A DNA stretch of 63,599 bases, filler included, from Octopus bimaculoides (taxonomy: Eukaryota): the NCBI RefSeq assembly GCF_001194135.2. It is 6 parts of 6 records of this genome, joined end to end, with 100 filler letters (N's around TTAATTAATTAA, not from the genome) between each part and the next. Parts side by side here need not be neighbours in the genome. Positions count along the whole stretch, not along the records: positions 49,716 to 59,534 come from NC_068984.1; positions 59,635 to 62,471 come from NC_068989.1; positions 62,572 to 63,599 come from NC_068981.1; 3 more parts are not named here. One strand, 5' to 3'. The translations under genes and the position numbers were made by a program. Of this stretch, positions 52,689-63,599 are shown piece by piece (positions within the stretch are counted from its first letter, which is position 1; each line of letters opens with the position of its first letter). The notes under the pieces are model-generated. The model saw nothing but the letters and a program-made list of their open reading frames with translations, did no database searches and was not told the origin of the DNA.

Positions 52689-53617
52689 AAAGAAAGAAAC
52701 AAACAAATAAACAAAGTTAAAATATTAAGCAGCTTAAACTATTGTTGTTGTTTTAGTAATAATTTCTAAACTTGGTCACAAGGTCACATATTTGCAGGAA
52801 GAATAAAAAAGTATAGTTGATTTCATCAAACATCACTAATTGCATTACCGGTGCTTTATTACATCCAGAAAGATATAAAGCGAAGTCGACCAAAAGGTTT
52901 CAATACAGGTTGCAAAGGGAGATAATAAAATATATTGCAAAGCATTTTGTCCACCACTTTGATTATCTTTTCCTTTTTAGATAAACGTAAACTGAACCGA
53001 CAAAGAAATCTATATGAGGTCATTCGATCCACTAAATATCCATCCATCCATCCACCCATCCATTTTCACTGTTCACTTTTCGTAGGAGGATCGTAGAGGG
53101 AGAATCGTCAGGCATTTCCTGCATAGAGTCCTATCAGAAGCAACTGTAATTATACATACATACATACATGCATGCATACATACATAGATGCATGCATGCA
53201 TACAAGCATGCATGCATGTGTGTATGTATATGTATGTATGTATATATGTATGTATGCATTCATGCATGAATGTATGTATGTACGCATGCATGTATATATG
53301 TATGCATGTATGTATGTATGAATGTATATTTGTGTGTACGTATGGATGTATATATGCATACATGCCTGTATGTATGTATGTATGTCTCTTCTTCATACAC
53401 CAAATGAGCCAACAACCAAAAACACATGCAAAGGTAGTGATATGAAATCGCATCACCCAGAAGAAACCAACCATAGAAGAGGGCTCTGGAAACGATACAA
53501 AGTGAGTGTTGCTCCAACATGACCGCAACTGCATGGTTGAAACGTATAAAAGAATATATATACATACATACAAACATACATGAATGGCTCTGTGTGTGTG
53601 TGTGTGTAGTTTACTCC

Positions 53618-53873
53618 CACGGAATTTTGAACTCAGAATGTAAAGACAGACGGAATACCACTAAGCATTTCGCTCGGCGTGCTAACGGTTCTTCCAACTC
53701 GCGGCCTTTGAATATTCTTTACTACTCTAGGCACAAGGCCCGAAATTTTGGGGGAGGGGACCAGTCGATTAGGTCGACCCCAGTGTGTAACTGCTACTTA
53801 ATTTATCAACCGCCAAAAGGACGAAAGGACAAAGTCGACCTCGGCGGAATTTGAACTCAGAACGTAAAGACAG
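53618..53873 (-). mobile_element. Two abutting partial SINE family B copies (permuted appearance)
   Basis: Head fragment 53618-53702 and 5'-truncated body/tail 53711-53873 share a duplicated gaactcagaa..taaagacag segment. Confidence 0.75.
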
Positions 53874-54059
53874 TCGCCGCATTTGGACATTATAATCAAG
53901 GGCATTCCAATTACGATCATCCAGTCCGCTTTTAATGTCAATGTCCAATGGGTCTGTGTTCATTTAGGAGAGCAGGATGCGATTTAGTTGGTATTTCATG
54001 ATATGTCAAGCGACTGAGTAGGGGCTCTCTGTACTTCCAAGCATCAAACTCACTCAACC

Positions 54060-54267
54060 ATCACCACAGTAACAACAACCAGCACCACCAAATCCTCCTC
54101 TCCACCCACCCCCACCCCAATCACGACCCCCTACCACAATCACTGCAAACATACCACTACCACCACCACCACCACGTCTATTATCACCACCACCACCACC
54201 ACCACCGCTACCACTGCCGCCACCACTACCAACACTACAACTACTACCACCACCACCACCACCACTG
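54060..54267 (+). repeat. (ACC)n-rich tract
   Basis: Direct reading. Confidence 0.9.
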
Positions 54268-54654
54268 CATTCTGTATTTAATTTTAATTAATTTAAATTA
54301 TGCCGCTTTCTCCCATACCTTTGTTGAGAATTACTCACTGAAATAATGATTTTTTCTTACTACGTGTGTAATTAATTCTAACTAATTAAAATATCTTGGC
54401 TAAAATACATCAAGTTGCTCCCATTTAGTTATTATTAAATCATAAGTAGATGATATTCCGTTATTTATTATATTTGTTTTTTAATCTAATATCTATTTAT
54501 TCGAAGGTGGTACTGTTGGAAAAACATGAGACTACTTCTACAAATTCTGAAGGGTCGTGGCCTGATGGTTAACGAACTGGATTGTCGACAATTAAGTCGT
54601 GGTTTTGATTTCCGGTCTGGCCGGGAAGGGGGGCCCATTGTGACCTAAAAGAAG

Positions 54655-54782
54655 ATTTACAAGGTTTTAGTCGGCCCGAGGCTATAGCAGAAGACATTTG
54701 CCCAAGGTACTACGCAATGGGATTGAACCCGGAACCATGTGATTCAAAAGCAAGTTTCTTACTACACAGTCACGCCTGCGCC
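54655..54782 (-). mobile_element. SINE family A, 5' part
   Basis: Reverse-complement match to the head. Confidence 0.8.
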
Positions 54783-54989
54783 TATATATTTGATAATCTC
54801 ATTAGAAAAACAAAACACATAATATCGTTGTTTTTGTAAGAGTAGGTTCCAATACACCGGCATTTTTGATAACCTGAGATTTCCCAGGTCCCAGGGGCTT
54901 CAGTAGATCTGTACTGTATTTACTTATACCAAAACCCTCAAGTTTCCCCACTTCTTATCTGCATAATTTGCAGATTCTGCAAATAAAGG

Positions 54990-55053
<64 letters not shown>

Positions 55054-56202
55054 TTCTTTTTCTTTTTTTAATTTAGATTTACTTTTGACCGGCTACCTTA
55101 CTTGGTAGCAAGGGTGTGAAGGGAAGTACCTTGTTTTGTAGATCCTTTAAACCATAAGAAAGTCTCGCAAATTTTTATAGTCCCAGATGTACGTATACAT
55201 GTATGTATGTATGTATGTATGTATCGATGTGTCCTCTATTTTTTAATTATTATATATCTTCTACTGAGGAAGGAGCCGGTTTCCAACAAAAATATAAGGC
55301 TCCATCTTTGGCATGTAGTTAACAGACAAATTCACATTTGGAACTTGAGAAAAGTCTTGCATATTTTTACTGTTCCACTCACAGATTGCACTTGTAATGT
55401 CCGAATTAGCCGGTTGATTTCTCTTTCTGAAAATCCCGGTTTATCCAGATTCTTCTTTTATGTATGTATGTATGTATGTATGTATGTATGTATGCTCGAA
55501 CGTACGTATGTATGTATGTATGTATGCATGCACGTACGTATGTACGTATGTATGTATGTATGTATGTATGTATGTATGCATGTATGCATGTATTTATGTA
55601 TGTATGTGCCGCTTCAGTTCGGATCGCAATCTCACGATCCTAGTGAGTGCTATCTTAGGCAAGTGTTTTCTACGAAAACGTTCTTCGGTCAATCAAAAGC
55701 CTTATGAGGGAGATTTCACAGTCGGAATCTATGGAATACGTCATGTACGTGTGCGCATGCGTGCGTATGTAAATGTGTTCTGTATTTGTTGTGTGGGTGT
55801 TTTTAACAGTGCAATAATAATTATTTTCTAAACTTTTTTCCAATTATTCTTTTATTTCTTTCTTCTTTTCCTTCTCTCCCAGAATTCGCGCCGTTTGTCT
55901 CATTTTCGCTTCTCTTGTTCATTTGTCTTTCTTTTCCTTCTCAGAAAACACTTTAGACTCGAACACGTGCACCACACACCTGTCGCATTCCTCTTTTGCC
56001 TTTCTCTGTGCATCACCTAATTAATCTTCTTTTACCAGATCCCCACCATACTTAGGACACTCCTTCCAACCTCTCCAGACTTTTCAATAGTTTTATAAAC
56101 TCCCCAGATTTTTCATTAGTATGACGCTACTTTAAAATTACTTCCCTTCTCTCACAGATCTCATAAATTAAATTTTTTTAACTTGTGTTGTATTATTCAT
56201 TT

Positions 56203-56402
56203 ACTCTTTTACATGTTTCAGTCATTTGACTGTGGCCATGCTGGAGCACCGCCTTTAGTCGAAGAAATCGACCCCAGGACTTATTGTTTGCAAACCTAGT
56301 ACTTATTCTATCGGTCATTTTTGCCGAATCGCTTGTTACGGGGACGTAAACACACCATCATCGGTTGTCAAGCGATGTTGGGGGACAAACACAAACACAC
56401 AA

Positions 56403-56469
<67 letters not shown>

Positions 56470-56713
56470 NNNNNNNNNNNNNNNNNNNNNNNNNNNNNNN
56501 NNNNNNNNNNNNNNNNNNNNNNNNNNNNNNNNNNNNNNNNNNNNNTATATACACATATATACGACGGGCTTCTTCCAGTTTCCGTCTACCAAATCCACTC
56601 ACAAGGCTTTGGTCGGCCCGAGGCTATAGTAGAAGACACTTGCCCAAGGTGCCATGCAGTAGGACTGAACCCAGAACCATGTGGTTGGTAAGCAAGCTAC
56701 TTACCACACAGCC
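56203..56713 (-). mobile_element. SINE family A, near full length with gapped internal microsatellite
   Basis: Tail 56203-56400, (CA)n(TA)n plus gap, head 56560-56713. Confidence 0.85.
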
Positions 56714-57690
56714 CTCTATAAAGTGTTACAATAGTGACACTTTAAAGTTCTCTGCTCTATACTGTTTGGTAACAACTATACCACCGGTCCAAGTTTCTAT
56801 AGCGTCTACAATGCAAAGAAGTATTTTATTGTTGCATTAAACAGAAAATCAGAACTAATTTCACGTTATCGTCATAAAAACAAGTTCATATTTGCTAGAC
56901 CTCAATGAAATTATCGGAGCAATCTGAAAAAAAATGTAAATATCCGAAAAACTGGCAATTATGCTCGAAGAAAGCAATCCAGATATCAACAATATATCGA
57001 CCTTCGACTGATAAATTTAGACTGAGGGACATATACCTCCTACTAGCCAGTTCATCTGAGGAATATCCATGGAAAATGAGATGGCGCTCTCTAACGGATT
57101 GCAGTAGGCTGAAGCCATAACGCTACATATTAGATATTAACACTTTTAAAAGTATTGAGTTCTCTTTTATTTTGTTCATATTACCATCTACATTGAAACG
57201 CACAACGTATATGTGTGCGTGAGTGAGTGTGTGCGCGTGTATCTGTGTGTGTGTGAGGGTGTGGGTGTCTACGTGTGTGCGTATGTGTGTGTCTGCGCGC
57301 GCGCTTGTGACTGTATATAACTTCGGTTGAGTTCGCTGCGGCCGATATTCGAACCATACTCCTCCATATTCTCTCTTGACCATTTATCATACTTGCTCTA
57401 TTTCATTTTTTCTTTTACCTTCAGCTATTCTGGGGTAGCGGAATAACACTTGCAAAGGTCGTTGACACTATCCCACGTACTAGAATGCATGCACTCACCC
57501 CCACACACCCATACGTAGCCGTGTGGGTGCGTGTGAGAGTGTATGTACGTTTAAATGTATGTCTGTGCTTGTGAATGTAGGCTCATTCATGTGCGTCTAC
57601 ACGCCTCCGCACATATATGCATATGTATGTCATTGTTCAGTTATATGTATTATGTATGTAGGCAGGTAAGTTGGCTGGTCTGCGTGTATA

Positions 57691-57935
57691 CGGGTGGGCC
57701 AAAAGTAGGTAAACACTTTTAAAATTAACTTATTTGTTTTTTACAGGTACCGTGAATAATGTGCTGCGTGTTACAGTGTTCTGGGAGGCTAGAGGAATGT
57801 TCCCATGTTGAAGAAGGACATTTCGACCATTTACGAGATTAAACTGTGTTTCATAAATGTAATTTTAATAAATGAGTGTAAAAGTAATAAAATGAAAAAT
57901 ATTTCAAAGTGTATAGCTACTTTTGGCTCACCCTG
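57691..57935 (+). mobile_element. 245-bp non-autonomous Tc1/mariner derivative (MITE-like)
   Basis: About 30-bp TIRs (CGGGTGGGCCAAAAGTAGGTAAACACTTT and reverse-complemented CAGGGTGAGCCAAAAGTAGCTATACACTTT), TA on both sides, internal transposase C-terminal remnant RLEECSHVEEGHFDHL. Confidence 0.85.
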
Positions 57936-58913
57936 TATATGCTTTTATCTATCCCTGTAAGCAAGTATATCATATTCACACGCATAATATATATATATAT
58001 ATANNNNNNNNNNNNNNNNNNNNNNNNNNNNNNNNNNNNNNNNNNNNNNNNNNNNNNNNNNNNNNNNNNNNNNNNNNNNNNNNNNNNNNNNNNNNNNNNN
58101 NNNNNNNNNNNNNNNNNNNNNNNNNNNNNNNNNNNNNNNNNNNNNNNNNNNNNNNNNNNNNNNNNNNNNNNNNNNNNNNNNNNNNNNNNNNNNNNNNNNN
58201 NNNNNNNNNNNNNNNNNNNNNNNNNNNNNNNNNNNNNNNNNNNNNNNNNNNNNNNNNNNNNNNNNNNNNNNNNNNNNNNNNNNNNNNNNNNNNNNNNNNN
58301 NNNNNNNNNNNNNNNNNNNNNNNNNNNNNNNNNNNNNNNNNNNNNNNNNNNNNNNNNNNNNNNNNNNNNNNNNNNNNNNNNNNNNNNNNNNNNNNNNNNN
58401 NNNNNNNNNNNNNNNNNNNNNNNNNNNNNNNNNNNNNNNNNNNNNNNNNNNNNNNNNNNNNNNNNNNNNNNNNNNNNNNNNNNNNNNNNNNNNNNNNNNN
58501 NNNNNNNNNNNNNNNNNNNNNNNNNNNNNNNNNNNNNNNNNNNNNNNNNNNNNNNNNNNNNNNNNNNNNNNNNNNNNNNNNNNNNNNNNNNNNNNNNNNN
58601 NNNNNNNNNNNNNNNNNNNNNNNNNNNNNNNNNNNNNNNNNNNNNNNNNNNNNNNNNNNNNNNNNNNNNNNNNNNNNNNNNNNNNNNNNNNNNNNNNNNN
58701 NNNNNNNNNNNNNNNNNNNNNNNNNNNNNNNNNNNNNNNNNNNNNNNNNNNNNNNNNNNNNNNNNNNNNNNNNNNNNNNNNNNNNNNNNNNNNNNNNNNN
58801 NNNNNNNNNNNNNNNNNNNNNNNNNNNNNNNNNNNNNNNNNNNNNNNNNNNNNNNNNNNNNNNNNNNNNNNNNNNNNNNNNNNNNNNNNNNNNNNNNNNN
58901 NNNNNNNNNNNNN

Positions 58914-58969
<56 letters not shown>

Positions 58970-58970
58970 G

Positions 58971-59363
58971 CGACGGTCTTCTTTCAATTCCCGCCTGCCA
59001 AATCTACTCACAAGGCCTTGATCGGCGCGAGACTATAGCAGAAGACACTTGCCCAAGGTGCTATGCAGTGGGACTTGAACCCGGAACCATGTGATTGGGA
59101 AGCAAGCTTCTTATTTTTTTACTGCTCACAAGGGGCTACAGACAGAGCGGACAAACAAGGACAGACAAACGGATTAAGTCGATTATATCGACCCCAGTGC
59201 GCAACTGGTACTTATTTAATCAACCCCGAAAGGATGAAAGGCAAAGTCGACCTCGGCGGAATTTGAACTCAGAACATAACGGCAGACGAAATACCGCTAA
59301 GCATTTCGCCCGGCGTGCTAACGTTTCTGCCAGCTCGCCGCAAGCTTCTTACCACACAGTCAC
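58971..59363 (-). mobile_element. SINE family A, 5' half interrupted by a family B copy
   Basis: Family A sequence at 58971-59113 resumes at 59340-59363. Confidence 0.85.
59114..59339 (-). mobile_element. SINE family B (tRNA-derived head, Nin/Deu-like centre), full length with 12-bp TSD
   Basis: GGCGAGCTGGCAG...GAGTTCAAATTCC head, GCCTTTCATCCTTTCGGGG...AAGTACCAG centre, short A tail, TSD GCAAGCTTCTTA at 59102-59113 and 59340-59351. Confidence 0.9.
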
Positions 59364-59407
59364 ATCTATCTATCTGTCTATCTATCTATCTATTTATCTA
59401 TTTACAG

Positions 59408-59464
<57 letters not shown>

Positions 59465-60114
59465 CAGAGAGAGAGAGGGAGAGAGAGAGAAGCAGAGAGG
59501 AGAAAGAGAGAGAGAGAGACAGAGACAGACAGAGNNNNNNNNNNNNNNNNNNNNNNNNNNNNNNNNNNNNNNNNNNNNTTAATTAATTAANNNNNNNNNN
59601 NNNNNNNNNNNNNNNNNNNNNNNNNNNNNNNNNNATATATATATATATATATAACTTGAATAATCGCGAAAAATATATACTACAAAGCTTTATTCCGATT
59701 TAACTAGAGTTTAAGCACACAAAAAACATTAACAATTCATTTGATTGGTGTCCATCCGCGAACGTGCATTTCTTTATCTACAACGAATGAAATTTTTGCT
59801 TAACCAAAATAGGTTGTCGCCAACATTTCTGGTGATAACATGTTTATTTCTAAACTAGTTTTCTAAATGAGGTTTTGTAGAAGAGAAACAAATAATATGT
59901 TGGCGTTTATTTATTTAATAAAGAATGGTAGAAGAACATTTGTCAAAGAAGGGTTATCGGCACTCTCATGAGACACTGTCTTTCTCTCACATACACGTTG
60001 GATAGATAGATAGATAGATAGATAAATAGGAAGTTGTTCTTAGCTATAAACTGTGCACATTAAACAATATTCATTTCTCACCAGATGGAGTACTTTTTGT
60101 TGATCTTACCTTAA

Positions 60115-60171
60115 CGACTAAAGGCAGTGCTCCAGCATGGCCACAGTCAATGACTGAAACAAGTAAAAGAG
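60115..60171 (+). mobile_element. SINE family A, extreme 3' tail
   Basis: cgactaaaggcagtgctccagcatggccacagtcaatgactgaaacaagtaaaagag. Confidence 0.75.
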
Positions 60172-60648
60172 TATATATATATATATATATATATATATAC
60201 GCATGTATACATATNNNNNNNNNNNNNNNNNNNNNNNNNNNNNNNNNNNNNNNNNNNNNNNNNNNNNNNNNNNNNNNNNNNNNNNNNNNNNNNNNNNNNN
60301 NNNNNNNNNNNNNNNNNNNNNNNNNNNNNNNNNNNNNNNNNNNNNNNNNNNNNNNNNNNNNNNNNNNNNNNNNNNNNNNNNNNNNNNNNNNNNNNNNNNN
60401 NNNNNNNNNNNNNNNNNNNNNNNNNNNNNNNNNNNNNNNNNNNNNNNNNNNNNNNNNNNNNNNNNNNNNNNNNNNNNNNNNNNNNNNNNNNNNNNNNNNN
60501 NNNNNNNNNNNNNNNNNNNNNNNNNNNNNNNNNNNNNNNNNNNNNNNNNNNNNNNNNNNNNNNNNNNNNNNNNNNNNNNNNNNNNNNNNNNNNNNNNNNN
60601 NNNNNNNNNNNNNNNNNNNNNNNNNNTATATATATATTGTAGTATATA

Positions 60649-60796
60649 CGACAGGATTCTTTCAGTTTCCGTCTACCAAACCCACTCGCAAGGCTTTGGT
60701 CGGACCGAAGCTATGGTAGAATACACTTGCCCAAGGTGCCACGCAGTGAAACTGAACCCGGAACCATGTGGTTGGTAAGCACGCTTCTTACCACAC
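60649..60796 (-). mobile_element. SINE family A, 5' half
   Basis: Reverse-complement match; runs into a (TA)n gap. Confidence 0.8.
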
Positions 60797-62053
60797 GACA
60801 CACACAAAGAGCTCAATGCAAATAGTAGCCATATTCTCTGAAATGCTAAAATCACATACTGTAATGTGAAGTCTAGTTGTATTGTACTGAAGATTTTGAC
60901 AGAATTGTCATAACGTAACGGCTTTGATCAAAATCTGCTAGAGTATGACGTAAAGGAAAATAACTGGGACACACTTCCCTATATACACAAGGCCATATAA
61001 GCAGTTACGTTACAGTCCAAGATTAAATGAATGTGTGTGTGTGTAAGTTTAGTGCTGATGGGGTCGGTTAGTAAACCTCTTTCTTTTAAGCGTATCATAA
61101 CATAGGACACAGTACACAGCACAGGTTAAAAACCAGGTCTTGTTTGTTTTTCTTTTGATCTGTTGAGGTTTTGAAGTGAGACAAATGCGTGGGTATCAAT
61201 GCGCTGTCAACACCTTTGCTTGTTTTGGGTGTGTGTGTGTGTGTGTGAGTGGGTAGACAGTTGTAACAGAGAGGTGTTTAGTGAAAGGAGAAAATATTAC
61301 ATAAGGGTGGTAGCTACCAGGGGTATTTTGGAGTTGTTTTTTTTTTGTCTCCTTTATTTTTCACGCACACACATTAGGGGCTGGTAACGATAAGCAGTGA
61401 TATTGAAATCGTTGTTATTGTTGTGCGTTGAAATGATAGGGTTGATACTGGTGGTGGTGGTTATGGTGACTATAGACACAGCTGGTGGTCGGGATGTGAA
61501 TTGAAGGTACCTTGGTAGAAAGGTGTAGTTATAGACGGGTGGAAGATGCTGGAGTGGGTGGGTACGTTATAGTAGTTAACGTCACTGCAGAGTTGGAAGT
61601 AAATATTAATTACATAGAATGGCAGCTGCAAGAATAAATACAGAGATAAAGGAATAAAGAACGAAAGAAAGAAAGAAAGAAATAAAGAAGAAAGAAGGAA
61701 AATGAGAAAAAGAAAGGAGGAAAGAAAGAAAGGGGACAAGAGAGAAGGTAGAAAGAAAAAGAAAAAAGAAAGAGGACAAGATAGGTGGAAAGAAAGAAAG
61801 AAAGAAAATGAAAACCAGATAGGGCCAGAAAGTAAAGCTATTTGCTATATTCTTTAAAACCTAAACATGCACAGAATCAGTGTGAAAGTTCATTGCTTTG
61901 GTGTTAAGCAAATTCAGGTTCGATTTGAACGCAGAATGTTAAACTTTGATATTGCATAGAGAAATAGTCTATAAAATTTCATTTTGTGTCTGATGACGAG
62001 CAGTACAGAAAATCCACTTCAAAATTTCGGTCACAGAAAAATTATATCACCTG

Positions 62054-62125
<72 letters not shown>

Positions 62126-62179
62126 GCCCATGTGTGAGAGTAACCATTGTATTGAGTACATCTTCAGTAAAACTTTGGC

Positions 62180-62295
62180 TATGTGGTTAAAAAATTTGAT
62201 TCCTAACCTGATAGTTCCAGGTTCATTTCTAGTTTGTGGTACCTTTGGCAAGTGTAATGTATTATAGTCATGGGCTTGTGAGTGGATTCGTTAGA
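62180..62295 (+). mobile_element. SINE family A-related, very decayed
   Basis: gttccaggttc...ggtacctttggcaagtg...cttgtgagtggatt. Confidence 0.5.
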
Positions 62296-63545
62296 CTCTT
62301 GATGAAATTACACCGACTAGGATGCAAGCAGAGCAATATGCAGTCGCAACATATGTAGGTCAGTGTTATATATGTTATATATGCTGTAGAAAACGTTTTA
62401 ATAAAAAAGATTTGGATGTGAATAAATCTCCTCTCTCCTCTTCGTTATCAATTATTTATATATATATATATNNNNNNNNNNNNNNNNNNNNNNNNNNNNN
62501 NNNNNNNNNNNNNNNTTAATTAATTAANNNNNNNNNNNNNNNNNNNNNNNNNNNNNNNNNNNNNNNNNNNNATATATAAAGTGAGATAGTTTGATAGATA
62601 GCTAGATAGCTAGATAGATAGATAGACATTTGGTTTTAGACTTATTTACAAATTCGTACGTTCCTATACGTCTTTCGTTCTAACAACGATTATGATAAAT
62701 AGAAAAAACCTCCGCATTTTCAAACACTTTAGGACAATCACCGAATATTGTAAATGCTGTGTCAAAGTATAAGCCTAATCGTGTATGAGAAGAAACTGCA
62801 ATATGAGCATCATCATTTTTCTGAATGCAGAATGGAAAATATCATATGGATTTTTTCCAGATGATAGATTGTATAAAGATGAAGTGCATTTGTAAAAGAA
62901 GTTTTATTCTAAAAAGAGGTAAACGTCATGGAAAAATATATTTAATTCAATGAACCTGGAATATGTTTCTGTTTTCACCGAAATGTTAAGAAAACATATT
63001 TGTTATTATTTGCAAGAAAGTCATTTTTACGAATTTCTTTTAGTTAATTTTATCTCAGCTAAAATGCTGAATATAGCAACAGTATTTCAACCAAAATACT
63101 TGATCCAAACATTTGGAAAAGCATCAAGAAAAAGTAAAGATTTTTCATAACTTATTTTGGTACTGTTTAACACCAAGATGGTGCTGTTGTATTGTCAAGT
63201 GTATGTTCATCATAATTAACTTGCCGCATTTTTGACCACCCCATACATAAGACTAAAATGTCAAAGGGATCCTATATTCTATGTAGATTTAAATTCCAAG
63301 TTAAAGCGGTACCTTTTCCTTCACGTATTGACGTTTTTATTGCTTTGTCTATGTCGAGAAAAATCATGTCACTAAAGGTGCATGATATTTAGCGTTTGTC
63401 ATCCCAGAGTTGAGAAAACTGCTGAGAGATTTCCCATTTACTTGCGATAATTTCATCTAATACGAATGTCCATTTTGAAACAGAATTGCGGCACACTCAC
63501 AGAAGCACATATACACACACAAAGAGAAATACACAGAGAAACACT

Positions 63546-63599
<54 letters not shown>

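Noticed and set aside
54552-54620. tRNA gene (also the heads of SINE families A and B)
   Set aside because: A- and B-box-like motifs but no cloverleaf; decayed SINE heads.

Overview
A 63.6-kb, gap-rich, AT-rich eukaryotic window made up mostly of microsatellites and decayed transposable elements. An S-crystallin exon and the SINE/microsatellite landscape point to a cephalopod, probably an octopus (inference). The only confidently host-coding piece is the first coding exon of an S-crystallin (GST-sigma-derived lens protein) on the minus strand at 38372-38510. A compact CCAAT / tandem AP-1 / TATA promoter-like block lies about 200 bp upstream of it, and I could not find its downstream exons. 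The rest comprises at least five R4/Dong-like REL-endonuclease retrotransposon fragments stacked in (TAA)n/(GAT)n tracts, an RTE fragment fused in frame to a Ty3/gypsy integrase, Penelope-like fragments, a degenerate hammerhead-like motif, several Tc1/mariner remnants, a CR1-like remnant, a 28S rRNA fragment, and about 25 copies of two tRNA-derived SINE families. One Tc1 TIR pair brackets the crystallin promoter and exon. Nearly all ORFs in the supplied track are microsatellite or gap artefacts. Five 100-bp N-TTAATTAATTAA-N linkers are artificial joins, so contiguity across them is unproven. Family assignments come from motif recognition by eye, with no database search, and repeat boundaries are approximate.
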